A DNA stretch of 64,000 nucleotides, taken from the NCBI RefSeq assembly GCF_009914755.1, contig NC_060948.1; one strand, given 5' to 3'. Positions 35,248 to 54,601 of the stretch are shown in pieces. The notes under the pieces were generated by a model. The model saw nothing but the letters and a program-made list of their open reading frames with translations, was not told the origin of the DNA and searched no databases. Numbering within the stretch: position 1 is the first letter of the stretch; each line of letters starts with the position of its first letter. The DNA comes from the human T2T-CHM13v2.0 reference genome, Homo sapiens. The position numbers and the translations under genes were made by a program.

Positions 35248-37375
35248 AGATCCATATTTTTTAAATGAAAAAAAATTTCAAAGGTACTCTGCTTGGTACA
35301 ATAATCAAATGTATAAACTGAGGAATAAAACATAACCATGAAACCTACTTATAACTGCATATGGAAAATACAGAGGATAATTTTTTAAATAACATATTTT
35401 GAAAGCCTTAACTAGTAATTTGAAGAGTTGGCATTTGAAAGGCCAGTATGAATATACCTTCAAAGCAGCAACACAGGTTCCCCATGAGAAAAAGCAAACT
35501 CAGGGAAAATAAAACCACAAAGGTTCAATCTCTTCTGACCTTTGAAAGACACAGCACAGACAGTGGTCCTTAGGACGAAGAGCAGGAGACCCCTAATTCC
35601 GTCACCATGGCGATAGGGCATAAACATTGCTGGGTGAGGGCACAATCCACATTGTGAGGTCCAACTGCTGCCAGGAAGACAGGAGTGCTTTTACATAGAC
35701 CGAAAGGTCATTGAAGGCTCAGAGTTTTGTTTCAAGAACTGAATCCCAAGCCCACACGTTATTAGGCTGCGCTTCTTAAAACAAGCTATGAGATGGGAAA
35801 AAGGGCACCCACAAACATACGTATACATTATGTATATAATAATATACAGTATCATATATATAATATATATAACCTATGTATAATATTGTTTTACATCCTG
35901 CATCTTATACTATATATATTGTATAAAATATAATAATTGATAATATATAAGTTTTATATTTATACTATATGACATATATTATATATTATAATTTATGATA
36001 TATATATTATATGTTATATATCATATATAGAATATATTATACGGTTAATATACGTATTAAATATAAATTATATATTATATACATTATATATAATATATCT
36101 GTTATATATAATACCCATTATGCATAATATATATATTATGTCTATGTTATATATAGTATAAAACAACATATAATAATATATAATTGTATATATAAAAGGT
36201 GACATATAATATATATTATATTTTATGACATATGTAATATATATTATATATTATATATAATACGTTGTATGTATAATACCTATATTAAATATATATGATA
36301 TGACTATGTTATTAATTACATGTCACATGTGTTATATATTATATATTTTACATACAATATACCGGTTACATACAATATATACTATCTTATCTACAATGTA
36401 TAATTTATTACATGTAAAATAAAGAATGCAGTATATTATGTATAATTTATAATATACAATATGTGGAATGTGATATATATAACATATAATATATGATATA
36501 TGATATACAGTATATGATATATAACATACAATATATGATACCTAATATATATGGTATACAATATATATTTTATGATATGTATTCTATATGTTTTTTATTC
36601 TGTTATATATAACTATTTGAAATTATATATAACTGTATAATATTTTATGTAAATATGTAATATAATATATATAACTATATAATATATTATATATAACTTT
36701 ATATTATGTTATATATACTTTTATAACATAATTTACATAAAATATCATAGTATAATATATATTATATTATTTCTTATTACATAATATATATTACATATCA
36801 CCCAATATAAGTAACATACATAATATTATAATATAGATTATATTATGTTATAGTAAATATCATATATATCATGTATCATATATTCTATAATATATATTAC
36901 ACATTATATAATATGTATGTTGTCTATTATGTGATATATATAAGTATATATATAATTATATTATTATACATATAACTAGATAAACGTGTAATTCTACATA
37001 TTTTCATTTATAATATATAGAATTATGTAATCATATATAATTATTTATATTCTATAAAAAATTATATCATTATATAAATTATAATATATAAAAATTATAA
37101 TATGTACTACAAATATATATATTATATATCATATATGATATAGTACCTTTGTTATATATCATAATACATATAAATGTGTATTATGTTATCTATAATTATA
37201 TAATTTCATATATAAGATGTATAATATGTATCATATATTATATATGTTATGTAATATATATAGTATATATAAGATGACACAGGATAAATATTATATACTA
37301 TGACATATAAAATATATGAGGTTATATGTTACATATAAGGCATAGCACATAACATGTAATATATATCATATATAA

Positions 37376-37667
37376 TTTTTTTTTAGACAGAATCTTGTCC
37401 TGTTGCACAGGGTGGGGTACAATGGCGCCATCTTTGCTCACTGCAACTTCTGCCTCACGGGTCCAAGCGATGGTCCTCCCTCAGCCTCCCAGGTAGCTGG
37501 GACTACACCACACTGGGACTACACCAGCTGCCACCATGCCTAGCTAATTTTTTGGATTTTTAGTAGTGACAGCGTTTCACTGTATTGGCCAGGATGGTCT
37601 TGATCTCTTCACCTTGTGATCCCCTTGCCTTGGCCTCCAAATTTGCTGGGATTACAGGCCTGAGCCA
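37376..37667 (-). mobile_element. DYZ2 Alu copy 12
   Basis: Same antisense Alu sequence. Confidence 0.93.
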
Positions 37668-39794
37668 AGATCCATATTTTTTAAATGAAAAAAAATTTCA
37701 AAGGTACTCTGCTTGGTACAATAATCAAATGTATAAACTGAGGAATAAAACATAACCATGAAACCTACTTATAACTGCATATGGAAAATACAGAGGATAA
37801 TTTTTTAAATAACATATTTTGAAAGCCTTAACTAGTAATTTGAAGAGTTGGCATTTGAAAGGCCAGTATGAATATACCTTCAAAGCAGCAACACAGGTTC
37901 CCCATGAGAAAAAGCAAACACAGGGAAAATAAAAACACAAAGGTTCAATCTCTTCTGACCTTTGAAAGACACAGCACAGACAGTGGTCCTTAGGACGAAG
38001 AGCAGGAGACCCCTAATTCCGTCACCATGGCGATAGGGCATAAACATTGCTGGGTGAGGGCACAATCCACATTGTGAGGTCCAACTGCTGCCAGGAAGAC
38101 AGGAGTGCTTTTACATAGACCGAAAGGTCATTGAAGGCTCAGAGTTTTGTTTCAAGAACTGAATCCCAAGCCCACACGTTATTAGGCTGCGCTTCTTAAA
38201 ACAAGTTATGAGATGGGAAAAAGGGCACCCACAAACATACGTATACATTATGTATATAATAATATAGAGTGTCATATATATAATATATATAACCTATGTA
38301 TAATATTGTTTTACATCCTGCATCTTATGTTATATATATTGTATAAAATATAATAATTGATAATATATAAGTTTTATAATTATACAATATGACATATAGT
38401 ATATATTATAATTTATGACATATATAATATATGTTATATATCATATACAGAATATATTATACGGTTAATATACGTATTAAATATAAATTATACATTATAT
38501 ATATTATATATAATATATCTGTTATATATAATACCCGTTATGCATAATATATATATTATGTCTATGTTATATATAGTATAAAACAACATATAATAATATA
38601 TAATTGTATATATAAATGCGACATATAATATATATTATATTTTATAACATATGTAATATATATTATATATTATATATAATACGTTGTATGTATAATACCT
38701 ATATTAAATATATATTATATGACTATGTTATTAATTACATGTCACATGTGTTATATATTATATATTTTACATAGAATATACCGGTTACATACAATATATA
38801 CCATGTTACCTATAATGTATAATTTATTACATGTAAAATAAAGAATGCAATATATTATGTATAATTTATAATATACAATATGTGGAATGTGATATATATA
38901 ACATATAATATATGATATATGATATACAGTATATGATATATAACATACAATATATGATTCCTAATATATATGGTATACAATATATATTTTATGATATGTA
39001 TTCTATATGTTTTATATTCTGTTATATATAACTATTTGAAATTATATATAACTGTATAATATTTTATGTAAATATGTAATATAATATATATAACTATATA
39101 ATATATTATATATAACTATATATTATGTTATATATACTTTTATAACATAATTTACATAAAATATCATAATATAATATATATTATATTATTTCATATTACA
39201 TAATATATATTACATATCACCCAATATAACTAACATACATAATATTATAATGCAGATTATATTATGTTATATTAAATATCATGTATATCATGTATCATAT
39301 ATTCTATAATATATATTACACATTATATAATATGTATGTTGTCTATTATGTGATATATATAACTCTATATATAATTATATTTTTATACATATAACTAGAT
39401 AAACATGTAATTCTACATATTTTCATTTATAATATGTAGAAGTATATAATCATATATAATTATTTATATTCTATAAAAAATTTTATCATTATATAAATTA
39501 TAATATATAAAAATTATAATATGTACTACAAATATATATATTATATATCATATATGATATAGTACCTTTGTTATATATCATAATACATATAAATGTGTAT
39601 TATGTTATCTATAATTATATAATTTCATATATAAGATGTATAATATGTATCATATATTATATATGTTATGTAATATATATAGTATATATAAGATGACACA
39701 GGATAAATATTATATACTATGACATATAAAATATATGAGGTTATATGTTACATATAAGGCATAGCACATAACATGTAATATATATCATATATAA

Positions 39795-40086
39795 TTTTTT
39801 TTTAGACAGAATCTTGTCCTGTTGCACAGGGTGGGGTACAATGGCGCCATCTTTGCTCACTGCAACTTCTGCCTCACGGGTCCAAGCGATGGTCCTCCCT
39901 CAGCCTCCCAGGTAGCTGGGACTACACCACACTGGGACTACACCAGCTGCCACCATGCCTAGCTAATTTTTTGGATTTTTAGTAGTGACAGAGTTTCACT
40001 GTATTGGCCAGGATGGTCTTGATCTCTTCACCTTGTGATCCCCTTGCCTTGGCCTCCAAATTTGCTGGGATTACAGGCCTGAGCCA
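39795..40086 (-). mobile_element. DYZ2 Alu copy 13
   Basis: Same antisense Alu sequence. Confidence 0.93.
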
Positions 40087-42191
40087 AGATCCATATTTTT
40101 TAAATGAAAAAAAATTTCAAAGGTTCTCTGCTTGGTACAATAATCAAATGTATAAACTGAGGAATAAAACATAACCATGAAACCTACTTATAACTGCATA
40201 TGGAAAATACAGAGGATAATTTTTTAAATAACATATTTTGAAAGCCTTAACTAGTAATTTGAAGAGTTGGCATTTGAAAGGCCAGTATGAATATACCTTC
40301 AAAGCAGCAACACAGGTTCCCCATGAGAAAAAGCAAACACAGGGAAAATAAAAACACAAAGGTTCAATCTCTTCTGACCTTTGAAAGACACAGCACAGAC
40401 AGTGGTCCTTAGGACGAAGAGCAGGAGACCCCTAATTCCGTCACCATGGCGATAGGGCATAAACATTGCTGGGTGAGGGCACAATCCACATTGTGAGGTC
40501 CAACTGCTGCCAGGAAGACAGGAGTGCTTTTACATAGACCGAAAGGTCATTGAAGGCTCAGAGTTTTGTTTCAAGATCTGAATCCCAAGCCCACACGTTA
40601 TTAGGCTGCGCTTCTTAAAACAAGTTATGAGATGGGAAAAAGGGCACCCACAAACATACGTATACATTATGTATATAATAATATAGAGTGTCATATATAT
40701 AATATATATAACCTATGTATAATATTGTTTTACATCCTGCATCTTATGTTATATATATTGTATAAAATATAATAATTGATAATATATAAGTTTTATAATT
40801 ATACAATATGACATATAGTATATATTATAATTTATGACATATATAATATATGTTATATATCATATACAGAATATATTATACGGTTAATATACGTATTAAA
40901 TATAAATTATACATTATATATATTATATATAATATATCTGTTATATATAATACCCGTTATGCATAATATATATATTATGTCTATGTTATATATAGTATAA
41001 AACAACATATAATAATATATAATTGTATATATAAAATGCGACATATAATATATATTATATTTTATAACATATGTAATATATATTATATATTATATATAAT
41101 ACGTTGTATGTATAATACCTATATTAAATATATATTATATGACTATGTTATTAATTACATGTCACATGTGTTATATATTATATATTTTACATAGAATATA
41201 CCGGTTACATACCATATATACCATGTTACCTATAATGTATAATTTATTACATGTAAAATAAAGAATGCAATATATTATGTATAATTTATAATATACAATA
41301 TGTGGAATGTGATATATATAACATATAATATATGATATATGATATACAGTATATGATATATAACATACAATATATGATTCCTAATATATATGGTATACAG
41401 TATATATTTTATGATATGTATTCTATATGTTTTATATTCTGTTATATATAACTATTTGAAATTATATATAACTGTATAATATTTTATGTAAATATGTAAT
41501 ATAATATATATAACTATATAATATATTATATATAACTATATATTATGTTATATATACTTTTATAACATAATTTACATAAAATATCATAATATAATATATA
41601 TTATATTATTTCATATTACATAATATATATTACATATCACCCAATATAACTAACATACATAATATTATAATATAGATTATATTATGTTATATTAAATATC
41701 ATATATATCATGTATCATATATTCTATAATATATATTACACATTATATAATATGTATGTTGTCTATTATGTGATATATATAACTATATATATAATTATAT
41801 TTTTATACATATAACTAGATAAACATGTAATTCTACATATTTTCATTTATAATATGTAGAAGTATATAATCATATATAATTATTTATATTCTATAAAAAA
41901 TTTTATCATTATATAAATTATAATATATAAAAATTATAATATGTACTACAAATATATATATTATATATCATATATGATATAGTACCTTTGTTATATATCA
42001 TAATACATATAAATGTGTATTATGTTATCTATAATTATATAATTTCATATATAAGATGTATAATATGTATCATATATTATATATGTTATGTAATATATAT
42101 AGTATATATAAGATGACACAGGATAAATATTATATACTATGACATATAAAATATATGAGGTTATATGTTACATATAAGGCATAGCACATAA

Positions 42192-42506
<315 letters not shown>

Positions 42507-44606
42507 AGATCCATATTTTTTAAATGAAAAAAAATTTCAAAGGTACTCTGCTTGGTACAATAATCAAATGTATAAACTGAGGAATAAAACATAACCATGA
42601 AACCTACTTATAACTGCATATGGAAAATACAGAGGATAATTTTTTAAATAACATATTTTGAAAGCCTTAACTAGTAATTTGAAGAGTTGGCATTTGAAAG
42701 GCCAGTATGAATATACCTTCAAAGCAGCAACACAGGTTCCCCATGAGAAAAAGCAAACTCAGGGAAAATAAAACCACAAAGGTTCAATCTCTTCTGACCT
42801 TTGAAAGACACAGCACAGACAGTGGTCCTTAGGACGAAGAGCAGGAGACCCCTAATTCCGTCACCATGGCGATAGGGCATAAACATTGCTGGGTGAGGGC
42901 ACAATCCACATTGTGAGGTCCAACTGCTGCCAGGAAGACAGGAGTGCTTTTACATAGACCAAAAGGTCATTGAAGGCTCAGAGTTTTGTTTCAAGAACTG
43001 AATCCCAAGCCCACACGTTATTAGGCTGCGCTTCTTAAACAAGATATGAGATGGGAAAAAGGGCACCTACAAACATAAGTATACATTATGTATATAATAA
43101 TATACAGTATCATATATATAATATATATAACCCATGTATAATATTGTTTTACATCCTGCATCTTATATTATATATATTGTATAAAATATAATAATTGATA
43201 ATATATAAATTTTATATTTATACAATATGACATATAGTATATATTATAATTTATTACATATATAATATATGTTATATATCATATATAGAATATATTATAC
43301 GGTTAATATACGTATTAAATATAAATTATACATTATATATATTATATAAAATATATCTGCTATATATAATACCCATTGTGCATAATATATATATTATGTC
43401 TATGTTATATATAGTATAAAACAACATATAATAATATATAATTGTATATATAAAACGCGACATATAATATATATTATATTTTATGACATATGTAATATAT
43501 ATTATATATTATATATAATACGTTGTTTGTATAATACCTATATTAAATATAAATTATATGACTATGTTATTAATTTCATGTCACATATGTTATATATTAT
43601 ATATTTTACATAGAATATACCGGTTACATACAATATATACTATGTTACCTATAATGTATAATTTATTACATGTAAAATAAAGAATGCAATATATTATGTA
43701 TAATTTATAATATACAATATGTGGAATGTGATATATATAACATATAATATATGATATATGATATACAGTATATGATATATAACATACAATATATGATACC
43801 TAATATATATGGTATACAATATATATTTTATGATATGTATTCTATATGTTTTATATTCTGTTATATATAACTATTTGAAATTATATATAACTGTATAATA
43901 TTTTATGTAAATATGTAATATAATATATAACTATATAATATATTATATATAACTATATATTATGTTATATATACTTTTATAACATAATTTACATAAAATA
44001 TCATAATATAATATATATTATATTATTTCATATTACATAATATATATTACATATCACCCAATATAAGTAACATACATAATATTATAATATAGATTATATT
44101 ATGTTATATTAAATATCATATATATCATGTATCATATATTCTATAATATATATGATACATTATATAATATGTATGTTGTCTATTATGTGATATATATAAC
44201 TATATATAATTATATTATTATACATATTACTAGATAAACATGTAATTCTACATATTTTCATTTATAATATATAGAATTATATAATCATATATAATTATTT
44301 ATATTCTATAAAAAATTATATCATTATATAAATTATAATATATAAAAATTATAATATGTACTACAAATATATATATTATATATCATATATGATATAGTAC
44401 CTTTGTTATATATCATAATACATATAAATGTGTATTATGTTATTTATAATTATATAATTTCATATATAAGATGTATAATATGTATTATATATTATATATG
44501 TTATGTAATATATATAGTATATATAAGATGACACAGGATAAATATTATATACTATGACATATAAAATATATGAGGTTATATGTTACATATAAGGCATAGC
44601 ACATAA

Positions 44607-44921
<315 letters not shown>

Positions 44922-47026
44922 AGATCCATATTTTTTAAATGAAAAAAAATTTCAAAGGTACTCTGCTTGGTACAATAATCAAATGTATAAACTGAGGAAT
45001 AAAACATAACCATGAAACCTACTTATAACTGCATATGGAAAATACAGAGGATAATTTTTTAAATAACATATTTTGAAAGCGTTAACTAGTAATTTGCAGA
45101 GTTGGCATTTGAAAGGCCAGTATGAATATACCTTCAAAGCAGCAACACAGGTTCCCCATGAGAAAAAGCAAACTCAGGGAAAATAAAACCACAAAGGTTC
45201 AATCTCTTCTGACCTTTGAAAGACACAGCACAGACAGTGGTCCTTAGGACGAAGAGCAGGAGACCCCTAATTCCGTCACCATGGCGATAGGGCATAAACA
45301 TTGCTGGGTGAGGGCACAATCCACATTGTGAGGTCCAACTGCTGCCAGGAAGACAGGAGTGCTTTTACATAGACCGAAAGGTCATTGAAGGCTCAGAGTT
45401 TTGTTTCAAAAACTGAATCCCAAGCCCACACATTATTAGGCTGCGCTTCTTAAAACAAGTTATGAGATGGGAAAAAGGGCACCTACAAACATACGAATAC
45501 ATTATGTATATAATAATATACAGTATCATATATATAATATATATAACCCATGTATAATATTGTTTTACATCCTGCATCTTATATTATATATATTGTATAA
45601 AATATAATAATTGATAATATATAAATTTTATATTTATACAATATGACATATAGTATATATTATAATTTATTACATATATAATATATGTTATATATCATAT
45701 ATAGAATATATTATACGGTTAATATACGTATTAAATATAAATTATACATTATATATATTATATATAATATATCTGCTATATATAATACCCATTTTGCATA
45801 ATATATATATTATGTCTATGTTATATATAGTATAAAACAACATATAATAATATATAATTGTATATATAAAACGCGACATATAATATATATTATATTTTAT
45901 GACAGATGTAATATATATTATATATTATATATAATACGTTGTATGTATAATACCTATATTAAATATAAATTATATGACTATGTTATTAATTACATGTCAC
46001 ATATGTTATATATTATATATTTTACATAGAATATACCGGTTACATACAATATATACTATGTTACCTACAATGTATAATTTATTACATGTAAAATAAAGAA
46101 TGCAGTATATTATGTATAATTTATAATATACAATATGTGGAATGTGATATATATAACATATAATATATGATATATGATATACAGTATATGATATATAACA
46201 TACAATATATGATTCCTAATATATATGGTATACAATATATATTTTATGATATGTATTCTATATGTTTTATATTCTGTTATATATAACTATTTGAAATTAT
46301 ATATAACTTTATAATATTTTATGTAAATATGTAATATAACATATATAACTATATAATATAGTATATATAACTATATATTATGTTATATATACTTTTATAA
46401 CATAATTTACATAAAATATCATAATATAATGTATTATATATTATTTCATATTACATAATATATATTACATAGTACCCAATATAAGTAACATACATAATAT
46501 TATAATATAGATTATATTATGTTATATTAAATATCATATATATCATGTATCATATATTCTATAATATATATTACACATTATATAATATGTATGTTGTCTA
46601 TTATGTGATATATATAACTATATATATAATTATATAATTTTACATATAACTAGATAAACATGTAATTCTACATATTTTCATTTATAATATATAGAATTAT
46701 ATAATCATATATAATTATTTATATTCTATAAAAAATTATGTCATTATATAAATTATAATATATAAAAATTATAATATGTACTACAAATATATATATTATA
46801 TATCATATATGATATAGTACCTTTGTTATATATCATAATACATATAAATGTGTATTATGTTATCTATAATTATATAATTTCATATATAAGTTGTATAATA
46901 TGTATCATACATTATATAAGTTATGTAATATATATAGTATATATAAGATGACACAGGATAAATATTATAAACTATGACATATAAAATATATGAGGTTATA
47001 TGTTACATATAAGGCATAGCACATAA

Positions 47027-47341
<315 letters not shown>

Positions 47342-49446
47342 AGATCCATATTTTGTAAATGAAAAAAAATTTCAAAGGTACTCTGCTTGGTACAATAATC
47401 AAATGTATAAACTGAGGAATAAAACATAACCATGAAACCTACTTATAACTGCATATGGAAAATACAGAGGATAATTTTTTAAATAACATATTTTGAAAGC
47501 CTTAACTAGTAATTTGAAGAGTTGGCATTTGAAAGGCCAGTATGAATATACCTTCAAAGCAGCAACACAGGTTCCCCATGAGAAAAAGCAAACACAGGGA
47601 AAATAAAAACACAAAGGTTCAATCTCTTCTGACCTTTGAAAGACACAGCACAGACAGTGGTCCTTAGGACGAAGAGCAGGAGACCCCTAATTCCGTCACC
47701 ATGGCGATAGGGCATAAACATTGCTGGGTGAGGGCACAATCCACATTGTGAGGTCCAACTGCTGCCAGGAAGACAGGAGTGCTTTTACATAGACCGAAAG
47801 GTCATTGAAGGCTCAGAGTTTTGTTTCAAGAACTGAATCCCAAGCCCACACGTTATTAGGCTGCGCTTCTTAAAACAAGTTATGAGATGGGAAAAAGGGC
47901 ACCCACAAACATACGTATACATTATGTATATAATAATATAGAGTGTCATATATATAATATATATAACCTATGTATAATATTGTTTTACATCCTGCATCTT
48001 ATGTTATATATATTGTATAAAATATAATAATTGATAATATATAAGTTTTATAATTATACAATATGACATATAGTATATATTATAATTTATGACATATATA
48101 ATATATGTTATATATCATATACAGAATATATTATACGGTTAATATACGTATTAAATATAAATTATACATTATATATATTATATATAATATATCTGTTATA
48201 TATAATACGCATTATGCATAATATATATATTATGTCTATGTTATATATAGTATAAAACAACATATAATAATATATAATTGTATATATAAAATGCGACATA
48301 TAATATATATTATATTTTATAACATATGTAATATATATTATATATTATATATAATACGTTGTATGTATAATACCTATATTAAATATATATTATATGACTA
48401 TGTTATTAATTACATGTCACATGTGTTATATATTATATATTTTACATAGAATATACCGGTTACATACAATATACACTATGTTACCTATAATGTATAATTT
48501 ATTACATGTAAAATAAAGAATGCAATATATTATGTATAATTTATAATATACAATATGTGGAATGTGATATATATAACATATAATATATGATATATGATAT
48601 ACAGTATATGATATATAACATACAATATATGATTCCAAATATATATGGTATACAATATATATTTTATGATATGTATTCTATATGTTTTATATTCTGTTAT
48701 ATATAACTATTTGAAATTATATGTAACTGTATAATATTTTATGTAAATATGTAATATAATATATATAACTATATAATATATTATATACAACTATATATTA
48801 TGTTATATATACTTTTATAACATAATTTACATAAAATATCATAACAAAATATATATTATATTATTTCATATTACATAATATATATTACATATCACCCAAT
48901 ATAACTAACATACATAATATTATAATATAGATTATATTATGTTATATTAAATATCATATATATCATGTATCATATATTCTATAATATATATTACACGTTA
49001 TATAATATGTATGTTGTCTATTATGTGATATATATAACTCTATATATAATTATATTTTTATACATATAACTAGATAAACATGTAATTCTACATATTTTCA
49101 TTTATAATATGTAGAATTATATAATCATATATAATTATTTATATTCTATAAAAAATTTTATCATTATATAAATTATAATATATAAAAATTATAATATGTA
49201 CTACAAATATATATATTATATATCATATATGATATAGTATCTTTGTTATATATCATAATACATATAAATGTGTATTATGTTATCTATAATTATATAATTT
49301 CATATATAAGATGTATAATATGTATCATATATTATATATGTTATGTAATATATATAGTATATATAAGATGACACAGGATAAATATTATATACTATGACAT
49401 ATAAAATATATGAGGTTATATGTTACATATAAGGCATAGTACATAA

Positions 49447-49761
<315 letters not shown>

Positions 49762-51889
49762 AGATCCATATTTTGTAAATGAAAAAAAATTTCAAAGGTA
49801 CTCTGCTTGGTACAATAATCAAATGTATAAACTGAGGAATAAAACATAACCATGAAACCTACTTATAACTGCATATGGAAAATACAGAGGATAATTTTTT
49901 AAATAACATATTTTGAAAGCCTTAACTAGTAATTTGAAGAGTTGGCATTTGAAAGGCCAGTATGAATATACCTTCAAAGCAGCAACACAGGTTCCCCATG
50001 AGAAAAAGCAAACACAGGGAAAATAAAAACACAAAGGTTCAATCTCTTCTGACCTTTGAAAGACACAGCACAGACAGTGGTCCTTAGGACGAAGAGCAGG
50101 AGACCCCTAATTCCGTCACCATGGCGATAGGGCATAAACATTGCTGGGTGAGGGCACAATCCACATTGTGAGGTCCAACTGCTGCCAGGAAGACAGGAGT
50201 GCTTTTACATAGACCGAAAGGTCATTGAAGGCTCAGAGTTTTGTTTCAAGAACTGAATCCCAAGCCCACACGTTATTAGGCTGCGCTTCTTAAAACAAGT
50301 TATGAGATGGGAAAAAGGGCACCCACAAACATACGTATACATTATGTATATAATAATATAGAGTGTCATATATATAATATATATAACCTATGTATAATAT
50401 TGTTTTACATCCTGCATCTTATGTTATATATATTGTATAAAATATAATAATTGATAATATATAAGTTTTATAATTATACAATATGACATATAGTATATAT
50501 TATAATTTATGACATATATAATATATGTTATATATCATATACAGAATATATTATACGGTTAATATACGTATTAAATATAAATTATACATTATATATATTA
50601 TATATAATATATCTGTTATATATAATACCCGTTATGCATAATATATATATTATGTCTATGTTATATATAGTATAAAACAACATATAATAATATATAATTG
50701 TATGTATAAAATGCGACATATAATATATATTATATTTTATAACATATGTAATATATATTATATATTATATATAATACGTTGTATGTATAATACCTATATT
50801 AAATATATATTATATGACTATGTTATTAATTACATGTCACATGTGTTATATATTATATATTTTACATAGAATACACCGGTTACATACAATATACACTATG
50901 TTACCTATAATGTATAATTTATTACATGTAAAATAAAGAATGCAATATATTATGTATAATTTATAATATACAATATGTGGAATGTGATATATATAACATA
51001 TAATATATGATATATGATATACAGTATATGATATATAACATACAATATATGATTCCAAATATATATGGTATACAGTATATATTTTATGATATGTATTCTA
51101 TATGTTTTATATTCTGTTATATATAACTATTTGAAATTATATGTAACTGTATAATATTTTATGTAAATATGTAATATAATATATATAACTATATAATATA
51201 TTATATACAACTATATATTATGTTATATATACTTTTATAACATAATTTACATAAAATATCATAACAAAATATATATTATATTATTTCATATTACATAATA
51301 TATATTACATATCACCCAATATAACTAACATACATAATATTATAATATAGATTATATTATGTTATATTAAATATCATATATATCATGTATCATATATTCT
51401 ATAATATATATTACACGTTATATAATATGTATGTTGTCTATTATGTGATATATATAACTCTATATATAATTATATTTTTATACATATAACTAGATAAACA
51501 TGTAATTCTACATATTTTCATTTATAATATGTAGAATTATATAATCATATATAATTATTTATATTCTATAAAAAATTTTATCATTATATAAATTATAATA
51601 TATAAAAATTATAATATGTACTACAAATATATATATTATATATCATATATGATATAGTATCTTTGTTATATATCATAATACATATAAATGTGTATTATGT
51701 TATCTATAATTATATAATTTCATATATAAGATGTATAATATGTATCATATATTATATATGTTATGTAATATATATAGTATATATAAGATGACACAGGATA
51801 AATATTATATACTATGACATATAAAATATATGAGGTTATATGTTACATATAAGGCATAGTACATAACATGTAATATATATCATATATAA

Positions 51890-52181
51890 TTTTTTTTTAG
51901 ACAGAATCTTGTCCTGTTGCACAGGGTGGGGTACAATGACGCCATCTTTGCTCACTGCAACTTCTGCCTCACGGGTCCAAGCGATTGTTCTCCCTCAGCC
52001 TCCCAGGTAGCTGGGACTACACCACACTGGGACTACACCAGCTGCCACCATGCCTAGCTAATTTTTTGGATTTTTAGTAGTGACAGCGTTTCACTGTATT
52101 GGCCAGGATGGTCTTGATCTCTTCACCTTGTGATCCCCTTGCCTTGGCCTCCAAATTTGCTGGGATTACAGGCCTGAGCCA
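51890..52181 (-). mobile_element. DYZ2 Alu copy 18
   Basis: Same antisense Alu sequence. Confidence 0.93.
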
Positions 52182-54286
52182 AGATCCATATTTTTTAAAT
52201 GAAAAAAAATTTCAAAGGTACTCTGCTTGGTACAATAATCAAATGTATAAACTGAGGAATAAAACATAACCATGAAACCTACTTATAACTGCATATGGAA
52301 AATACAGAGGATAATTTTTTAAATAACATATTTTGAAAGCCTTAACTAGTAATTTGAAGAGTTGGCATTTGAAAGGCCAGTATGAATATACCTTCAAAGC
52401 AGCCACACAGGTTCCCCATGAGAAAAAGCAAAGTCAGGGAAAATAAAACCACAAAGGTTCAATCTCTTCTGACCTTTGAACGACACAGCACAGACAGTGG
52501 TCCTTAGGACGAAGAGCAGGAGACCCCTAATTCCGTCACCATGGCGATAGGGCATAAACATTGCTGGGTGAGGGCACAATCCACATTGTGAGGTCCAACT
52601 GCTGCCAGGAAGACAGGAGTGCTTTTACATAGACCGAAAGGTCATTGAAGGCTCAGAGTTTTGTTTCAAGAACTGAATCCCAAGCCCACACGTTATTAGG
52701 CTGTGCTTCTTAAAACAAGTTATGAGATGGGAAAAAGGGCACCCACAAACATACGTATACATTATGTATATAATAATATAGAGTGTCATATATATAATAT
52801 ATATAACCTATGTATAATATTGTTTTACATCCTGCATCTTATGTTATATATATTGTATAAAATATAGTAATTGATAATATATAAGTTTTATAATTATACA
52901 ATATGACATATAGTATATATTATAATTTATGACATATATAATATATGTTATATATCATATACAGAATATATTATACGGTTAATATACGTATTAAATATAA
53001 ATTATACATTATATATATTATATATAATATATCTGTTATATATAATACCCGTTATGCATAATATATATATTATGTCTATGTTATATATAGTATAAAACAA
53101 CATATAATAATATATAATTGTATGTATAAAATGCGACATATAATATATATTATATTTTATAACATATGTAATATATATTATATATTATATATAATACGTT
53201 GTATGTATAATACCTATATTAAATATATATTATATGACTATGTTATTAATTACATGTCACATGTGTTATATATTATATATTTTACATAGAATATACCGGT
53301 TACATACAATATATACCATGTTACCTATAATGTATAATTTATTACATGTAAAATAAAGAATGCAATATATTATGTATAATTTATAATATACAATATGTGG
53401 AATGTGATATATATAACATATAATATATGATATATGATATACAGTATATGATATATAACATACAATATATGATTCCTAATATATATGGTATACAGTATAT
53501 ATTTTATGATATGTATTCTATATGTTTTATATTCTGTTATATATAACTATTTGAAATTATATATAACTGTATAATATTTTATGTAAATATGTAATATAAT
53601 ATATATAACTATATAATATATTATATATAACTATATATTATGTTATATATACTTTTATAACATAATTTACATAAAATATCATAATATAATATATATTATA
53701 TTATTTCATATTACATAATATATATTACATATCACCCAATATAACTAACATACATAATATTATAATATAGATTATATTATGTTATATTAAATATCATATA
53801 TATGATGTATCATATATTCTATAATATATATTACACATTATATAATATGTATGTTGTCTATTATGTGATATATATAACTATATATATAATTATATTTTTA
53901 TACATATAACTAGATAAACATGTAATTCTACATATTTTCATTTATAATATGTAGAAGTATATAATCATATATAATTATTTATATTCTATAAAAAATTTTA
54001 TCATTATATAAATTATAATATATAAAAATTATAATATGTACTACAAATATATATATTATATATCATATATGATATAGTACCTTTGTTATATATCATAATA
54101 CATATAAATGTGTATTATGTTATCTATAATTATATAATTTCATATATAAGATGTATAATATGTATCATATATTATATATGTTATGTAATATATATAGTAT
54201 ATATAAGATGACACAGGATAAATATTATATACTATGACATATAAAATATATGAGGTTATATGTTACATATAAGGCATAGCACATAA

Positions 54287-54601
<315 letters not shown>

